This document shows, one piece after another, positions 1-10,207 of a stretch of 64,000 bases of DNA. The stretch comes from Candidatus Latescibacterota bacterium (lineage in GTDB: Bacteria > Latescibacterota > UBA2968 > GCA-2709665): NCBI GenBank assembly GCA_965116875.1, contig OZ220733.1, forward strand, positions 5,389,093 through 5,453,092, in the 5' to 3' direction. The position numbers were made by a program, and so were the translations under genes. Position 1 is the stretch's first letter, and each line of letters opens with the position of its first letter. Below the pieces are notes generated by a model. The model made no database searches, was not told the origin of the DNA, and worked only from the letters and a program-made list of their open reading frames with translations.

Positions 1-359
1 GGATCGCCGTGAAAGATGTTCCATGCATTGTTCGAAAAGGAGTATCCCGCATTCACGGCGACAAGAGCGTTGTATCTCCTTGCCATATCGCTTGTCGCCT
101 CCTGCCCGATGATCTGATTCATCGCCATGACCATCTTCAATCGGTACTTCCGCAGGTCTATCTCCGCGACGTGGACGTTCTGGGGAAGCCCGTCGCTGGT
201 CGAGTCCGCGGAGATATGCGTTCGAACCAATCCGGGTGCGACCTCGGTCACTGTCGCTTCCACATTGGCATTCAAGGGTGGAATCTCGTTCGCGCCGACC
301 GTAAATCCGCTCAACAATAGTGCTGCCAACAACAGCTGGATGCTCATTCGCTTGTTCAT
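1..359 (-). CDS. Phosphodiester glycosidase (NAGPA-like) family secreted protein; 5' part only, runs off the window
   Basis: My translation from ATG at 359: MNKRMSIQLLLAALLLSGFTVGA (signal peptide)...VHVAEIDLRKYRLK...GQEATSDMARRYNALVAVNAGY; frame open to base 1. Confidence 0.7.
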   Translation of the reverse strand, partial: MNKRMSIQLLLAALLLSGFTVGANEIPPLNANVEATVTEVAPGLVRTHISADSTSDGLPQNVHVAEIDLRKYRLKMVMAMNQIIGQEATSDMARRYNALVAVNAGYSFSNNAWNIFHGD

Positions 360-368
360 CTCGATCTC

Positions 369-414
369 CCAATACGATTCGCCGTGCCTGATGCTGGACA
401 CATACGTGTTATGC
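369..414 (-). repeat. Short/degenerate attC-like site
   Basis: Plus strand ccaatacgattcgccgtgcc...acatacgtgttatgc; ends in CGTGTTA like the other copies; lies between the GNAT stop and the next ATG. Confidence 0.45.
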
Positions 415-426
415 GGTGAGTTGACC

Positions 427-1218
427 TCAACAGTTTGTGTCCTCCGAATCTGAGATGGATTGCACTCGATACCAATACCGGTATAACGCGCTGAAACCAA
501 ACTTGCGTTGCAGAGCCAGAGCTGGCTCGTTGTTAGCCATCACCTGCAAGTATGCCAGACGCGCTCCCTGCTCAAATCCCCACTTTAGCCGTGCCTCAAG
601 GAGCCGACGGCCAAAGCCCTGTCCCCGATGCTCGGGATCTACCAGCAAGTCAAAGAGACCTATGATTGAGCCCGAAACAACTGCGCGGGCGCAACCTACG
701 GATTTACCATCAGTCCGGGCGATAACATAGGCCGACGGAGTGGAGATGGCGTTGAGCAGACTGCGAAATACCTCAGAGTGCTGATTGCGATCAGACAGAC
801 CTATCCAGGTTTCGAACCACTCATCAGTTGCACATTCGTATAGCGATACGACAGAGGAGCTATCGGGACTGGCCTCAAGTCGCTTGGTTTGAACCAGCGT
901 TTCGGCGTCACTGGAGTATTGACGTTGGGCCAATGTCTCGTCCAAATTCCCAGGTTTACAGGTTGGAAAAACCTTGAAAAGACAAGGTAGCGATGCCCGC
1001 GCGTACGCAGCTTCACAATGAACTAGCTTCTCCTGGAGCTGGGTTGTGGATCCGTACAGCGGGACTACACAATTGGCACGGCGACTGTATCCCTCAGACA
1101 TTCGAACGATCCAGCCGTCGTAGAACTCTGTTTGCAGCGCGGGTAGCCCGTTCAACGCGGCCTCTTCCAGCGTTGCTACGAGCTCTGAGTTGTTCGTTGA
1201 ATCAATAGCGTTCGTCAT
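427..1218 (-). CDS. GNAT family N-acetyltransferase
   Basis: GYSRRANCV N-terminal motif and acetyl-CoA motif LVDPEHRGQGFG; LQVMANNEPA. Confidence 0.9.
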   Translation of the reverse strand: MTNAIDSTNNSELVATLEEAALNGLPALQTEFYDGWIVRMSEGYSRRANCVVPLYGSTTQLQEKLVHCEAAYARASLPCLFKVFPTCKPGNLDETLAQRQYSSDAETLVQTKRLEASPDSSSVVSLYECATDEWFETWIGLSDRNQHSEVFRSLLNAISTPSAYVIARTDGKSVGCARAVVSGSIIGLFDLLVDPEHRGQGFGRRLLEARLKWGFEQGARLAYLQVMANNEPALALQRKFGFSALYRYWYRVQSISDSEDTNC

Positions 1219-1220
1219 AG

Positions 1221-1306
1221 GAATAACATCACGCCAGTTTGCAAACCTGCGAATGTGGATTGCCGATGGCCAGGCGCCGACAGGCGCGGAACTCGAATTG
1301 CTGCAC
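1221..1306 (-). repeat. attC-like site, subfamily A, degenerate
   Basis: gaataacatcacgccagtttgcaaacctgcg...ggattgccgatggccagg...; shares its core with the copies at 32758, 33689 and 39444. Confidence 0.6.
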
Positions 1307-1401
1307 GGCAGGACGTGGAATACTCTGCGTCTGATTGAACATATTTGGTTTCATTTGTTCCCAACCATTCGATCGAATGCGTCCCAACAAGGGGTGCGGT
1401 T

Positions 1402-2325
1402 TCAGGCATTCGTAACCGTTTCAAGATCGCGACACGCCTTCAGCAAAGCCTCCTGGATGTTCAGAAACTCTAGATATCCGGGTGGTAATGGATACCTTGC
1501 ACTGTCAAACGACTGAAGTGGATCGATGATCTTCTGCCTTGCAAAGGTGTAGAGAGCTTTCTGGTGCTCTGTCGCCTCCGGCGCCTGGTGAAAGGAGATA
1601 CGACAATTATTCCGCCACAGTCGAGAATCAACCGTATCGGCCATCGCCTGAATTCGTGAGTCTCGATTTTCAAACTTCGAGCTCAGGTATTTGGACAATC
1701 TCTCGGCCTGCACGTGTGGATTTCGCACGATATCTTCGTACCCGACAAAAAGCCGGTGCGCCGCGTATTCGGTGTGGCACAGGATCAGCGTCATCATGTG
1801 CTGCCAGCGCAGCAGATTCATCGCCACGAACGAAATCCGGGCTTTCAAATTGGACGGCATGATGAACTTCTGCCACGATACGGCTGTGTCCAGCGGGTGG
1901 CGAACTGTGATTATATAAATCGCATCTCCCCATATCTGTTTAAAAAACGGGAGATAATGACAGAGCGCAGGATCCTTCCAGAACCAGGGGCCGCCTGCGT
2001 CCATCTCTGACATCAGGGCAGCGGCTTTTGTTCGATACTCTGGGTCAGAGGCATAATTTCCGATTCGATGTTGAAAGTCACGGTCCCACCAGGTCGCACC
2101 GGAAGCAAAATCCCCTAACTCGGCCAGAAAGTCCCATAACGGCAGGTATTCCCAATAGCCGCGGGGCGCATGCGCATCTGCCGCGTGCAGCTTTTCGGAA
2201 GCGCCTGCATACGCGCCCCATGTGTGCACCATCTCGGCAACCACAGATGTCCCGCTGCGCTCTGCGCCAAGTACGATAATAGGTTGGCTTTCAGAGGCGG
2301 TCATTTCAAGTGCCCTTGGAGACAT
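1402..2325 (-). CDS. Sulfotransferase family protein
   Basis: PAPS-binding IIVLGAERSGTS, WKDP and VRHPLDTAVS motifs. Confidence 0.85.
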   Translation of the reverse strand: MSPRALEMTASESQPIIVLGAERSGTSVVAEMVHTWGAYAGASEKLHAADAHAPRGYWEYLPLWDFLAELGDFASGATWWDRDFQHRIGNYASDPEYRTKAAALMSEMDAGGPWFWKDPALCHYLPFFKQIWGDAIYIITVRHPLDTAVSWQKFIMPSNLKARISFVAMNLLRWQHMMTLILCHTEYAAHRLFVGYEDIVRNPHVQAERLSKYLSSKFENRDSRIQAMADTVDSRLWRNNCRISFHQAPEATEHQKALYTFARQKIIDPLQSFDSARYPLPPGYLEFLNIQEALLKACRDLETVTNA

Positions 2326-2336
2326 CCACTAATGAC

Positions 2337-2423
2337 GCATTACGTTTGGCCGCACCCGATTCGAGAGGAAGTAACGCGCAGGCGTCCCGACGTTGGAGCC
2401 GGGAACGAGTGCGCCTGCTGAAG
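2337..2423 (-). repeat. Degenerate attC-like site
   Basis: gcattacgtttggccgcaccc...gagtgcgcctgctgaag between the map stop and the sulfotransferase start. Confidence 0.4.
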
Positions 2424-3188
2424 TCAAGGACCTCAGGCCGCTGTCAGCAGGATCGGCCGGCCATCGGTAATGACAACGGTATGCTCATAATGAGCCGAGA
2501 GAGACCCGTTCGAGGTTTTCATGGTCCAACCGTCGCTGTCTTCAACGGCCCGGGCCGGATTCTCGGCAATCAATGGCTCGATCGTGATCACAAGACCATT
2601 CGTAAGCGGCGTCAAATCGAGCGGATTATAGGTATTGGCAACGATGGGGTCTTCATGGATGACGCGACCGACTCCATGCCCCGTAAGCTCACTGACAACC
2701 CGGAATCCCTGTCGCGTAACCTCTTGCTCTACGGCACGGCCGATGCAATTGATCGGTTTGCCTGCACGAGCGACGGCCACTGCCTTTTCGAATGCCGTTC
2801 GGGCGCACCGACACAATCCAACGGCTTTCGGGGAGCAGGGCTGAATCGGAATGGTTACTGCTGCATCCGCAATGTAGCCGTTCAGTTCCGCGGTGACATC
2901 CAGGCTTACAATGTCACCCTCTTCGAGCACTCGATCACCCGGAATACCGTGAACGATTTCGTCATTGACGCTTATAAGATTGAGTCCACTCCGAAAAGTC
3001 GAATTTACTTATTGCGGAAAAAGTACTAACCTGATTAATTCATGAATCGTCAGAAGATACAATTTAGGGAAGCAGAAGGAGCTTCCGTGTGATATGAGAA
3101 ACGACAGTGCCGCTGCCGTGACTGATTTGGCGTGTCCAAGCCTTTATTGTGGCGTCTGCTGGGAGCACGGTAGCGCCGTTGCGTCAGG

Positions 3189-3210
3189 TTGACCATCATG
3201 TGATGGTCAA
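3189..3210. other. Perfect hairpin downstream of the IS1380 transposase
   Basis: TTGACCATCA-tg-TGATGGTCAA. Confidence 0.5.
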
Positions 3211-3282
3211 GGGGACAGACGTCTCCATGGCCATTGTTCGTGTCGATCCAAACATGAAGGCGGGGTCAGCACGTCTAGGGAT

Positions 3283-4650
3283 TTATGGAACAACACCCGT
3301 TGCCAGATTATAGAGGATCTTGCCATAAAGGTGTTTGAGTGGAAACACCGTCGGTAGATGGAACTTGATCCTGGTTTTCAACTCACAAACGCGCGCAGCG
3401 ACTTTCAAGAGCCGGTTTTGCAGGGTATTGAACTGTGCGTGGGTCCACTTCGTGCCGCGCAACCCGATCGTCGCCAGGGAATGCATCAGGACATAGGCGG
3501 CGCTGTGGAGAAAGAGACGGAAGTGATTGGCCTGGAAGGTGTGACAAGAGGTGCGATCGGAACAGAGAAAGGTCTTGTGATTCTTGATGAAGTTTTCCAT
3601 CCTGCCGCGTGAGCAATAGACGGTTTTGTAGATGCGTGACGGTTGGGCGTGTTGCAGGTTGGTGACCACGAATCGGATATTATCTCCTTGAGGTGTCACT
3701 TCCGCCTTGCAGACGATGCGTTGTGGACAATCCCAGGTCTTCGCCTGATAGTTCCAGCAGCGATAAAGGCGCACGGTTTTTCCCGAAACGGCATACGACG
3801 TCTTGGCCTGGTCCATCAAGGACTGTGCCTTCCGCAGGAGTATGGGGTTGCTGTTCTGTCCGAGGACAAAATACACATCTTCTTCCTCACACAACGCGTG
3901 CACTTCCGGACACGAAAAATGCGCATCGCCACGTAACAGGATCGCCACGTCGGGCCAGGCTTTACGCAGGTAGGCGATCACCCGTTTAAGGATGGTGACG
4001 ATCTCTTTTCCCGTGGGCCGCCTGCCAGGGCGCAAGACCGTCGTGATCAACTTGCCGGTCCGGCCTTCATAGATATGCAGGGGCTGGTAGCAATACCCCT
4101 TGAAATACGCATTGAACAACGACAACTGTTGAGACCCATACACCTTGTCTTCGGTGTCATCGATATCCAACAGGATGGCTTCAGGCGGTTCCTCATACGA
4201 GGCGATAAACACGTCCGCAAAGGCCCTGGCGATCCGAAACAAATCGGTTCTGCTGATCCGGTTCTCGAACCGACTCATCGTGGGTTGACTGGCCAGCGCC
4301 GCACCGGAAAGCGGCAACCGATCACAGGCCGCCTTGAAACCGGGGTCCTCGCGTAACGTATTGCAATCGTTCGCATCCTCATAGCCGCAGGCCATCTGAA
4401 AGACACGTTGCTTGACCAGATCCACCGTGGCGTGATCCACGTAACTTTGATGCCGACGATCCGTGATGGCCTCAACGATCCCATACAAAATGCCGATTTT
4501 GGCCTCCACCTCACGAAGCAGCATCACCCCGCTGTCGCTGGTCAGGATGCCTCCATCGAACGTGGCTTCTACCTGTTTGCCAGAAAGACTTGCGAAAGAC
4601 ATCCTGTGATGCTTATCTTGACCTTCCACGGTAGTTTCCTCCTGTGTCAT
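3283..4650 (-). CDS. IS1380 family DDE transposase
   Basis: FDGGILTSDSG, GYEDANDC..LR.DP, LASQPTMSRFEN, LDIDDT, LRGDAHF, Y..RGRMENFIK motifs. Confidence 0.95.
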   Translation of the reverse strand: MTQEETTVEGQDKHHRMSFASLSGKQVEATFDGGILTSDSGVMLLREVEAKIGILYGIVEAITDRRHQSYVDHATVDLVKQRVFQMACGYEDANDCNTLREDPGFKAACDRLPLSGAALASQPTMSRFENRISRTDLFRIARAFADVFIASYEEPPEAILLDIDDTEDKVYGSQQLSLFNAYFKGYCYQPLHIYEGRTGKLITTVLRPGRRPTGKEIVTILKRVIAYLRKAWPDVAILLRGDAHFSCPEVHALCEEEDVYFVLGQNSNPILLRKAQSLMDQAKTSYAVSGKTVRLYRCWNYQAKTWDCPQRIVCKAEVTPQGDNIRFVVTNLQHAQPSRIYKTVYCSRGRMENFIKNHKTFLCSDRTSCHTFQANHFRLFLHSAAYVLMHSLATIGLRGTKWTHAQFNTLQNRLLKVAARVCELKTRIKFHLPTVFPLKHLYGKILYNLATGVVP

Positions 4651-4791
4651 TGTGTGATGGTTATGACCGTAACCATATTATAATACAATGACTTGGGTAT
4701 GGAAACTACCTTTTTTATGAATTATTCGGGCTAAATTCCAAGTGTGAACAGGATGCAGAAGGATAATGGTAGAGAACGGGGGACAGGACAG

Positions 4792-6318
4792 ATGTTTAAG
4801 AGAAGCGCGTCGCGCAGTCAACCGGATTTGTTTTCGAATTTCGAGTCACACTTCACGGATCGGAAACAGGCGCAGTTGAATGATGCGAAGTCGTGGCATA
4901 ATCAGTTTTACGAGCACCTCACGTCAAAGATAGACGAGGATGTGTTTTCGGTGTTGTTTGATGCCGACATCGGCCGTCCCAATGCGCCCATCCGTCAGTT
5001 GTTTGCCATGATGATCATGAAGGAGGGCTTTGGGTGGAGCGATGCGCAACTGTTCGAGCAATGTCGGTTCAACATACTGGCGATGCGGGCATTGGGATTG
5101 ATGAATCTGTCTGATGAGGCGCCTGTGGAGTCGACGTATTACCTGTTCAAGCAGGCCTTGTATGCATATCAACTGAACACCGGTCAAGACCTGGTTGGCG
5201 AGGTCTTTAGCAGCTTAACCAAGACGCAGGCCAATGCCTTCGGTGTGTTGGGTCAGCAAATCCGAATGGACAGTAAGTTGATCGGCTCGAACATTGCGTT
5301 GTGTTGTCGGTTGCAGTTGGTGGTGAGTTGCTTACACCGGTTCTGGGGATCGTTGGACGAGGACCTGAAGCGAAGATTATCGGCAAGAGATCGGCAGGTT
5401 CTGGACGCAATGCTCACGGTGAAACCCCATCAGGTTGTCTACCGACTCACCCGTGCTGAAAAAGGGGAGAAGCTACAGGAATACGGTGTGTTATTGAGCA
5501 GGCTTCAAGCGACCTATACCGAGCAAGACAGCGATCACTATGGTGTGATGGTGCGTGTTTTTGGAGACCAATATACAGTTATCTCGTCTTCTAAACAGGT
5601 GCTTCCCAAGCCGCCTGACGAGATCTCCGCATCCTCGTTGCAGTCCCCCGATGACGAAGATGCGGCTTTTCGCAGGAAAGGAGAGGATCAGGTAAAAGGA
5701 TATAGTGTCAACCTCACCGAGACCTGTGGTGGGGAGGGCCTCAACTTGATCACGGACATTGAGGTGAAATCCGCGACGGCACCCGACAACGGGTTTGTGC
5801 AGACGGCCATACAGCGCACACAGCAGGTGGTCGGACAGGTTCGAGAAGTATCGATGGATGGGGCCTATCATGATCCATCCAACGCCGAGTATGCAGAACA
5901 ACAGAACAAGCAATTCTATTACAGTGGCTTGCAAGGAACCCCGGGACGTTTCATCTATGAACGCACAGATGACGGCGTCACCGTCACGGATCGAAAAACC
6001 GGAGTGGTGCACATCGCCCAGGAATACAAACCGGGAAAATACAAACTCATCATCGATGGCAAACCCCGATACTTTAAAGAACAGCACATCGACAATTACC
6101 TCAAACGCAAACAGATTGAGGCCCTGCCTGAACACATCAGAAACCGACGCAATAACGTCGAAGCCAGTATCTTCCAGTTAAGCTATTACACCCGAAACGG
6201 TAAAACCCGCTATCGCGGATTGATGCCACATCAATGGTGGGCGCGCTGTCGCACCTTATGGGTCAATCTGGTTCGGATCCGGAATTACGTCGCAACACCC
6301 ACGATGCTTCCCGCATAA
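4792..6318 (+). CDS. Transposase (IS1182/IS5-like, DUF772-type N-terminus)
   Basis: GRPNAPIRQL, RMDSKLI, LQSPDDEDAAFRRK, DGAY, RRNNVEA motifs; lies within the TIRs. Confidence 0.9.
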   Translation: MFKRSASRSQPDLFSNFESHFTDRKQAQLNDAKSWHNQFYEHLTSKIDEDVFSVLFDADIGRPNAPIRQLFAMMIMKEGFGWSDAQLFEQCRFNILAMRALGLMNLSDEAPVESTYYLFKQALYAYQLNTGQDLVGEVFSSLTKTQANAFGVLGQQIRMDSKLIGSNIALCCRLQLVVSCLHRFWGSLDEDLKRRLSARDRQVLDAMLTVKPHQVVYRLTRAEKGEKLQEYGVLLSRLQATYTEQDSDHYGVMVRVFGDQYTVISSSKQVLPKPPDEISASSLQSPDDEDAAFRRKGEDQVKGYSVNLTETCGGEGLNLITDIEVKSATAPDNGFVQTAIQRTQQVVGQVREVSMDGAYHDPSNAEYAEQQNKQFYYSGLQGTPGRFIYERTDDGVTVTDRKTGVVHIAQEYKPGKYKLIIDGKPRYFKEQHIDNYLKRKQIEALPEHIRNRRNNVEASIFQLSYYTRNGKTRYRGLMPHQWWARCRTLWVNLVRIRNYVATPTMLPA

Positions 6319-6775
6319 GTGGAGATTTATTGCGAAAAACCGCCATACCATCGCCCTGAGCAACGTTGCACCTTGCCCCTGCTGCGTTAGGCCGCACCTA
6401 CGCGCCTTATCTCCGACACACGCTCCTTCTCAAGTTCCAACGTTGACCGCTCTAACGATGTCCCCATTACACCCGTTTTCGGAGGGGACTCAAGATTGAC
6501 GCGGGGAAAACCGTAAAACAGGCGGGGCGCGGGGGTTGCGCCGTACCAGTCGAGCACCGACTCGCCGGCGCGATCGACGTCCGCTGTGGTTACTCCGGCG
6601 CGGACGGAACCCGCCATTTCCCTCAATGTGGCGGCAACCACCCGCCCGGCCTTCGCAAGGCCTTCGAAATCTTCAGGACATTCTATCGACAACGTCATGC
6701 TCCCATTGGAAAGGATGACTCTCAATAATGACCAGCTTGAAGCAATAATAGGGTTTACGGGACAGTGCTCGGGTT

Positions 6776-6852
6776 GCCTGTGACGTTCCCGCTGTTTGCG
6801 AACCGCCGTAGCGATGCGCAGGAAGGTCCTCGCAGGCCAAGAGTGCTTTCGA
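6776..6852 (-). repeat. Partial attC-like site, subfamily A
   Basis: ctgtgacgttcccgctgtttgcgaaccgccgtagcg matches the left half of the 39444 copy. Confidence 0.5.
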
Positions 6853-6928
6853 CAATCTCAGGACTGGCTACGCGCCGATTCCCAAGTACAAATGTCATTC
6901 GACCGTGGGAATCTCACGCCGGGAATGT

Positions 6929-7759
6929 TCAGGGCTGTCGACCATCGACGTCTGCAAATCCGTACTCTAGGGCCAAATCGAGGACCTCCAGATATGGAGT
7001 TACTCCGACTTTGCCCATCACCTCCGGGTCGCCAGCCAACGCCGCGATCGCCCGGCCGGCGTATACTGGCGTAAACGTCTTCTCCAGATCTTCAGGTCTG
7101 GTGCTCTCGTCAGGCACCCAGGTTCGCATGTATTGGTGTTCGTCGCCAAGCGACAACAGGATAACTGCGATCCCGTTTTCGCGGCATTCCTCTGCCATTC
7201 CATGCGACATTCGATATATCGCGGACTTGAACGTGTCATAGAACAGATTCGGGTGGAACTTGCTGTCCGGATTGATCCCGCTCGTAGTATTGACGATCAG
7301 ACCGTGTCCCTGCTCCAGCATGATCGAAATCGCGCCCCGAGCAGCCGTCATATGGGATCTCAAACCGGCTCCGTACATGAGTTCCCACTGCCGAATTGGG
7401 AGTTCCCAGAACCGTTTTCGCCCCCAAAATCCATCGGCCATCTCGTAGCCGCCCCAGGCATTACTCACGAGCACATCCAGCCGTCCTTGCTCTTTCTTGA
7501 TTCGCCTGAAGAGTTCCTCAACCTGCTCATCTTTCGTGTGATCTATCCGGACAGGAATCCCCTCGCCGCCACCTTGAGTCACCGTTTCAGCCGTGTCTTC
7601 AATGGTTTCGCCGGGGACGTCCGTGGTCTGGTTCCCGCGGATGCTGCGTCCCGTCACATATACAGTCGCGCCGGCTTCACCGAGCGCAGTGGCAATGCCC
7701 TTCCCCCCGCCGCGACTTGCTCCCGTCACCACGGCTACTCTGTTTGGCAAAGTCTTCAT
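6929..7759 (-). CDS. Short-chain dehydrogenase/reductase (SDR)
   Basis: VTGASRGGG, LDVLVSNAWGG, YxxxK (YDTFK). Confidence 0.92.
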   Translation of the reverse strand: MKTLPNRVAVVTGASRGGGKGIATALGEAGATVYVTGRSIRGNQTTDVPGETIEDTAETVTQGGGEGIPVRIDHTKDEQVEELFRRIKKEQGRLDVLVSNAWGGYEMADGFWGRKRFWELPIRQWELMYGAGLRSHMTAARGAISIMLEQGHGLIVNTTSGINPDSKFHPNLFYDTFKSAIYRMSHGMAEECRENGIAVILLSLGDEHQYMRTWVPDESTRPEDLEKTFTPVYAGRAIAALAGDPEVMGKVGVTPYLEVLDLALEYGFADVDGRQP

Positions 7760-7889
7760 ATCCCGGATTTCCTGTCCTCCAACATCTCACATAGGCATCG
7801 CTTAAACGTCCATGCCAACCGCCGGCCCGCCGGAGCGTTGCGAATGTGCGCTTCAGCCAGGACGAAGAGAGCCCTGCGAAAGGCATAGG

Positions 7890-7975
7890 GTATGACGTTT
7901 TCAGTGCCCGCGATCCCGCGTAGCGGTCGCGCCTCAAGACCAGGCATCTGTGGCATGGATGGTACTCGTGTAAAG
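7890..7975 (-). repeat. attC-like site, subfamily B, degenerate
   Basis: gtatgacgttttcagtgccc..cccgcgtagcggtcgc...ggtactcgtgtaaag; shares CCGCGTAGCGGT with the 32012 copy. Confidence 0.55.
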
Positions 7976-8022
7976 AGCCGTGTTGTTTTTCCAGGCGATA
8001 GATGGGAGAAGCGATCGTTGTC

Positions 8023-8832
8023 TTATTTTTTTTGTTTCGCAAAGAAGGCGCGTACACTCAATAGCTGATTCGCATAAAACTCAGCATCCTGGTTCTCGCG
8101 TGATTCCAGGGCCGATACTGAGGCGCTGAACTCCGATTCGCCAACGTCTTTCTCGCCGTTCAGGATCCTTGTCAGCCCGATATAGCCCTCCAACATCTCT
8201 ATTTCCTCAGGTTTGGAGCCATGTGCCTTGCTGTGATCCCGCGCCTTCGCAAAGACCGAAAGAGCTTCGCCATAGGACTCCATTGCAATGAGGTGTGCGC
8301 CAAGAAACCAGTACGTAAACGCCAACTGAACGGCACTTGGATCAAGCTCGTGCAATTGCCGAACGCTATAACGGGCCATTGCAAGACCCTGTCGCATCTG
8401 GTCTGGCGAAATCGCAATCCCGGGCTCCTCCCAGCCGATCCAGGTACAGGATGCTGCGTCGGTCGCCATCCTCTTGGCAGCAAAACGAAGCTTTTTTGCC
8501 GCAACGTCATCCTTTCCATCATGCGTGGCTGCTCGACCCAGGCAGTAGTGGATGCCGGCATTTGCAAAGTGAAGCACCTGCTCCGTGGATTTGGCCTTCC
8601 AGTAACAGTCCAGAACAAGGTTGCCGTAAGCCCCAACAATCTCTGACTCGTCTTCAAGTCCAAGTACAAATTCGCTTGCAGCAAACAGGTCCTTTTCCCT
8701 TGAAAGAGATTGGACGGCTTTGAAAATGTCTTCACGTGTCATACCTGCTCCCTTGCTGCCGACTTCGCCAACGACTGGCAACGCAAGGCCGAGTACGAAT
8801 ACACCGGGGAGTATCCAGTCTATCTGAGCCAT
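8023..8832 (-). CDS. Hypothetical helical (TPR-like) protein, possible signal peptide
   Basis: Hydrophobic N-terminus, helical repeat-like C-terminus, RBS GGAGGA upstream. Confidence 0.65.
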   Translation of the reverse strand: MAQIDWILPGVFVLGLALPVVGEVGSKGAGMTREDIFKAVQSLSREKDLFAASEFVLGLEDESEIVGAYGNLVLDCYWKAKSTEQVLHFANAGIHYCLGRAATHDGKDDVAAKKLRFAAKRMATDAASCTWIGWEEPGIAISPDQMRQGLAMARYSVRQLHELDPSAVQLAFTYWFLGAHLIAMESYGEALSVFAKARDHSKAHGSKPEEIEMLEGYIGLTRILNGEKDVGESEFSASVSALESRENQDAEFYANQLLSVRAFFAKQKK

Positions 8833-8907
8833 CCCAATTGGTCCTCCTGTGCTGAGGATAATTTGCCGGCGGCACCCGCAGTTTGCAATGGAATGGCCGC
8901 GGCAGAC

Positions 8908-10116
8908 TCACGCACGCAGGAGCTCTAGGCATTCCTCATAGGCTTCGAATCGCTCGCCTTCGCGTTCCTCGGGATCCACCTTCTTGAGGAACAGTGCGCT
9001 GCCGGGTTTCTTTCCGGTAAACTCGCGGTGGCTCCTGATGTGCGCCGGGTTCTCACCGCTCCACTTGACCTCGCCATCCTGCAGATAGACGAAGTTTCCT
9101 CCGTGTTCCTCGATCATCGCCTGCATCCGATCGCGATAGAACAGTCCCTGCTCGCAAGCCGTCTCCCTCACCGTGGCCATGATTTCGGGCGGATCTTCCT
9201 CGACAGAGTCGAACTCGTTCAGTGGACCCTCGACCTCGCTCTCGAAGTCGATTTCGTCGAGATTGACCGTACCGAAACCACTCTGCGCGGCAACGAGGAG
9301 ATGGTTGCGGTCGCGACGGAATGGCGGCGTGGGCCAATCGGACGCGGGATCGTGCCCCATCAGGCTCGTGCCCACGGCATCGGTGGCGATGATCTGGTCG
9401 CCCGCGATGAGGGCGTTGCACACGCGTCCCTCGCCGTCCCACTCACGACCCCATTGACCGGTCGTGGCATCTACGATATTGAGACAAGGGTTGGTAATAC
9501 GCGCCAGATCGGGCAGCACGTAGGACAGCCGGATTGCGTGGTGGAAATAGCTGCGCACCCGACCCTCCGGCGGAATCGTGGGCGTGAGGCCGAACAGATT
9601 CTTGGTGCAAAGCGTGACACCCATGAAGAGGTGGTTCTTCAACTTGGCGACGGAAACGACCTCATCCGCTTCGCTGAAGCACCGGCTGAGCGTGTAGCGC
9701 TGGAACATGAAGCCGCCGCCCGGTACGTCATATTCTGCGAAGGGGGGATAATTCGATTCCGCGTGATCGACGTCGAATTCCTCGAGCAGCGGAAGATAGT
9801 TGAAATAGCCCGTCGCGGCCCCGGATGCGTCCCGGCAGAACGTATCGGCGGCGACAAGCGTCGCTGAGGTCCGTTCCCGCAATAGCCGAAGGACGGCGCG
9901 GAAGACAGCATCGTCGACGAGTTCTCGACGGCGGCCCTCGAAACGAGCCACATTCGTATGCCCCATGTTGAATTTGAGCGCGATGCGGCCCGCCTTTTCC
10001 AGCTTCTCCCAGGTGCGCACGAGGGGGGCGGTCGCCCGTACCAGGTTCTCGTAGACCTCCTCGTCGGAGGCCCGGTGATCGCAACGGACTGCACGTACGC
10101 TGAATTCACGGTCCAT
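8908..10116 (-). CDS. DUF362 domain protein with C-terminal extension
   Basis: LKFN, VAKLKNH, VTLCTKNLFG, IIATDAV motifs. Confidence 0.85.
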   Translation of the reverse strand: MDREFSVRAVRCDHRASDEEVYENLVRATAPLVRTWEKLEKAGRIALKFNMGHTNVARFEGRRRELVDDAVFRAVLRLLRERTSATLVAADTFCRDASGAATGYFNYLPLLEEFDVDHAESNYPPFAEYDVPGGGFMFQRYTLSRCFSEADEVVSVAKLKNHLFMGVTLCTKNLFGLTPTIPPEGRVRSYFHHAIRLSYVLPDLARITNPCLNIVDATTGQWGREWDGEGRVCNALIAGDQIIATDAVGTSLMGHDPASDWPTPPFRRDRNHLLVAAQSGFGTVNLDEIDFESEVEGPLNEFDSVEEDPPEIMATVRETACEQGLFYRDRMQAMIEEHGGNFVYLQDGEVKWSGENPAHIRSHREFTGKKPGSALFLKKVDPEEREGERFEAYEECLELLRA

Positions 10117-10207
10117 CTCTTAACTCTCCTTGTGTGATTCCGGCCTGATGCAGGAAATGGAAGAAGCCGCAGCCCGTCAGACCAGGCAGTCTTTTGGGGG
10201 CTGCCGT

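Larger units (their letters stand above)
3030..4730 (-). mobile_element. IS1380 family insertion sequence (inner element)
   Basis: TIRs CCTGATTAATTCATGAA / TTTATGAATTATTCGGG; 4-bp duplication CTAA at 3026-3029 and 4731-4734. Confidence 0.9.
2982..6491 (+). mobile_element. IS1182/IS5-like insertion sequence (outer element)
   Basis: 16-bp TIRs GAGTCCACTCCGAAAA / TTTTCGGAGGGGACTC (15/16 match); 6-bp target duplication AAGATT at 2976-2981 and 6492-6497. Confidence 0.9.
2433..6698 (-). pseudogene. map: Type I methionine aminopeptidase interrupted by nested IS (segments 6698-6492 and 2981-2433)
   Basis: N-part ...APRLFYGFPRVNL, C-part ISVNDEIVHGIPGDR...DIVSLD...GHGVG..IHEDP..TIEP..SAHYEHT; removing 2982-6491 and one AAGATT copy restores the frame. 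Confidence 0.92.
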
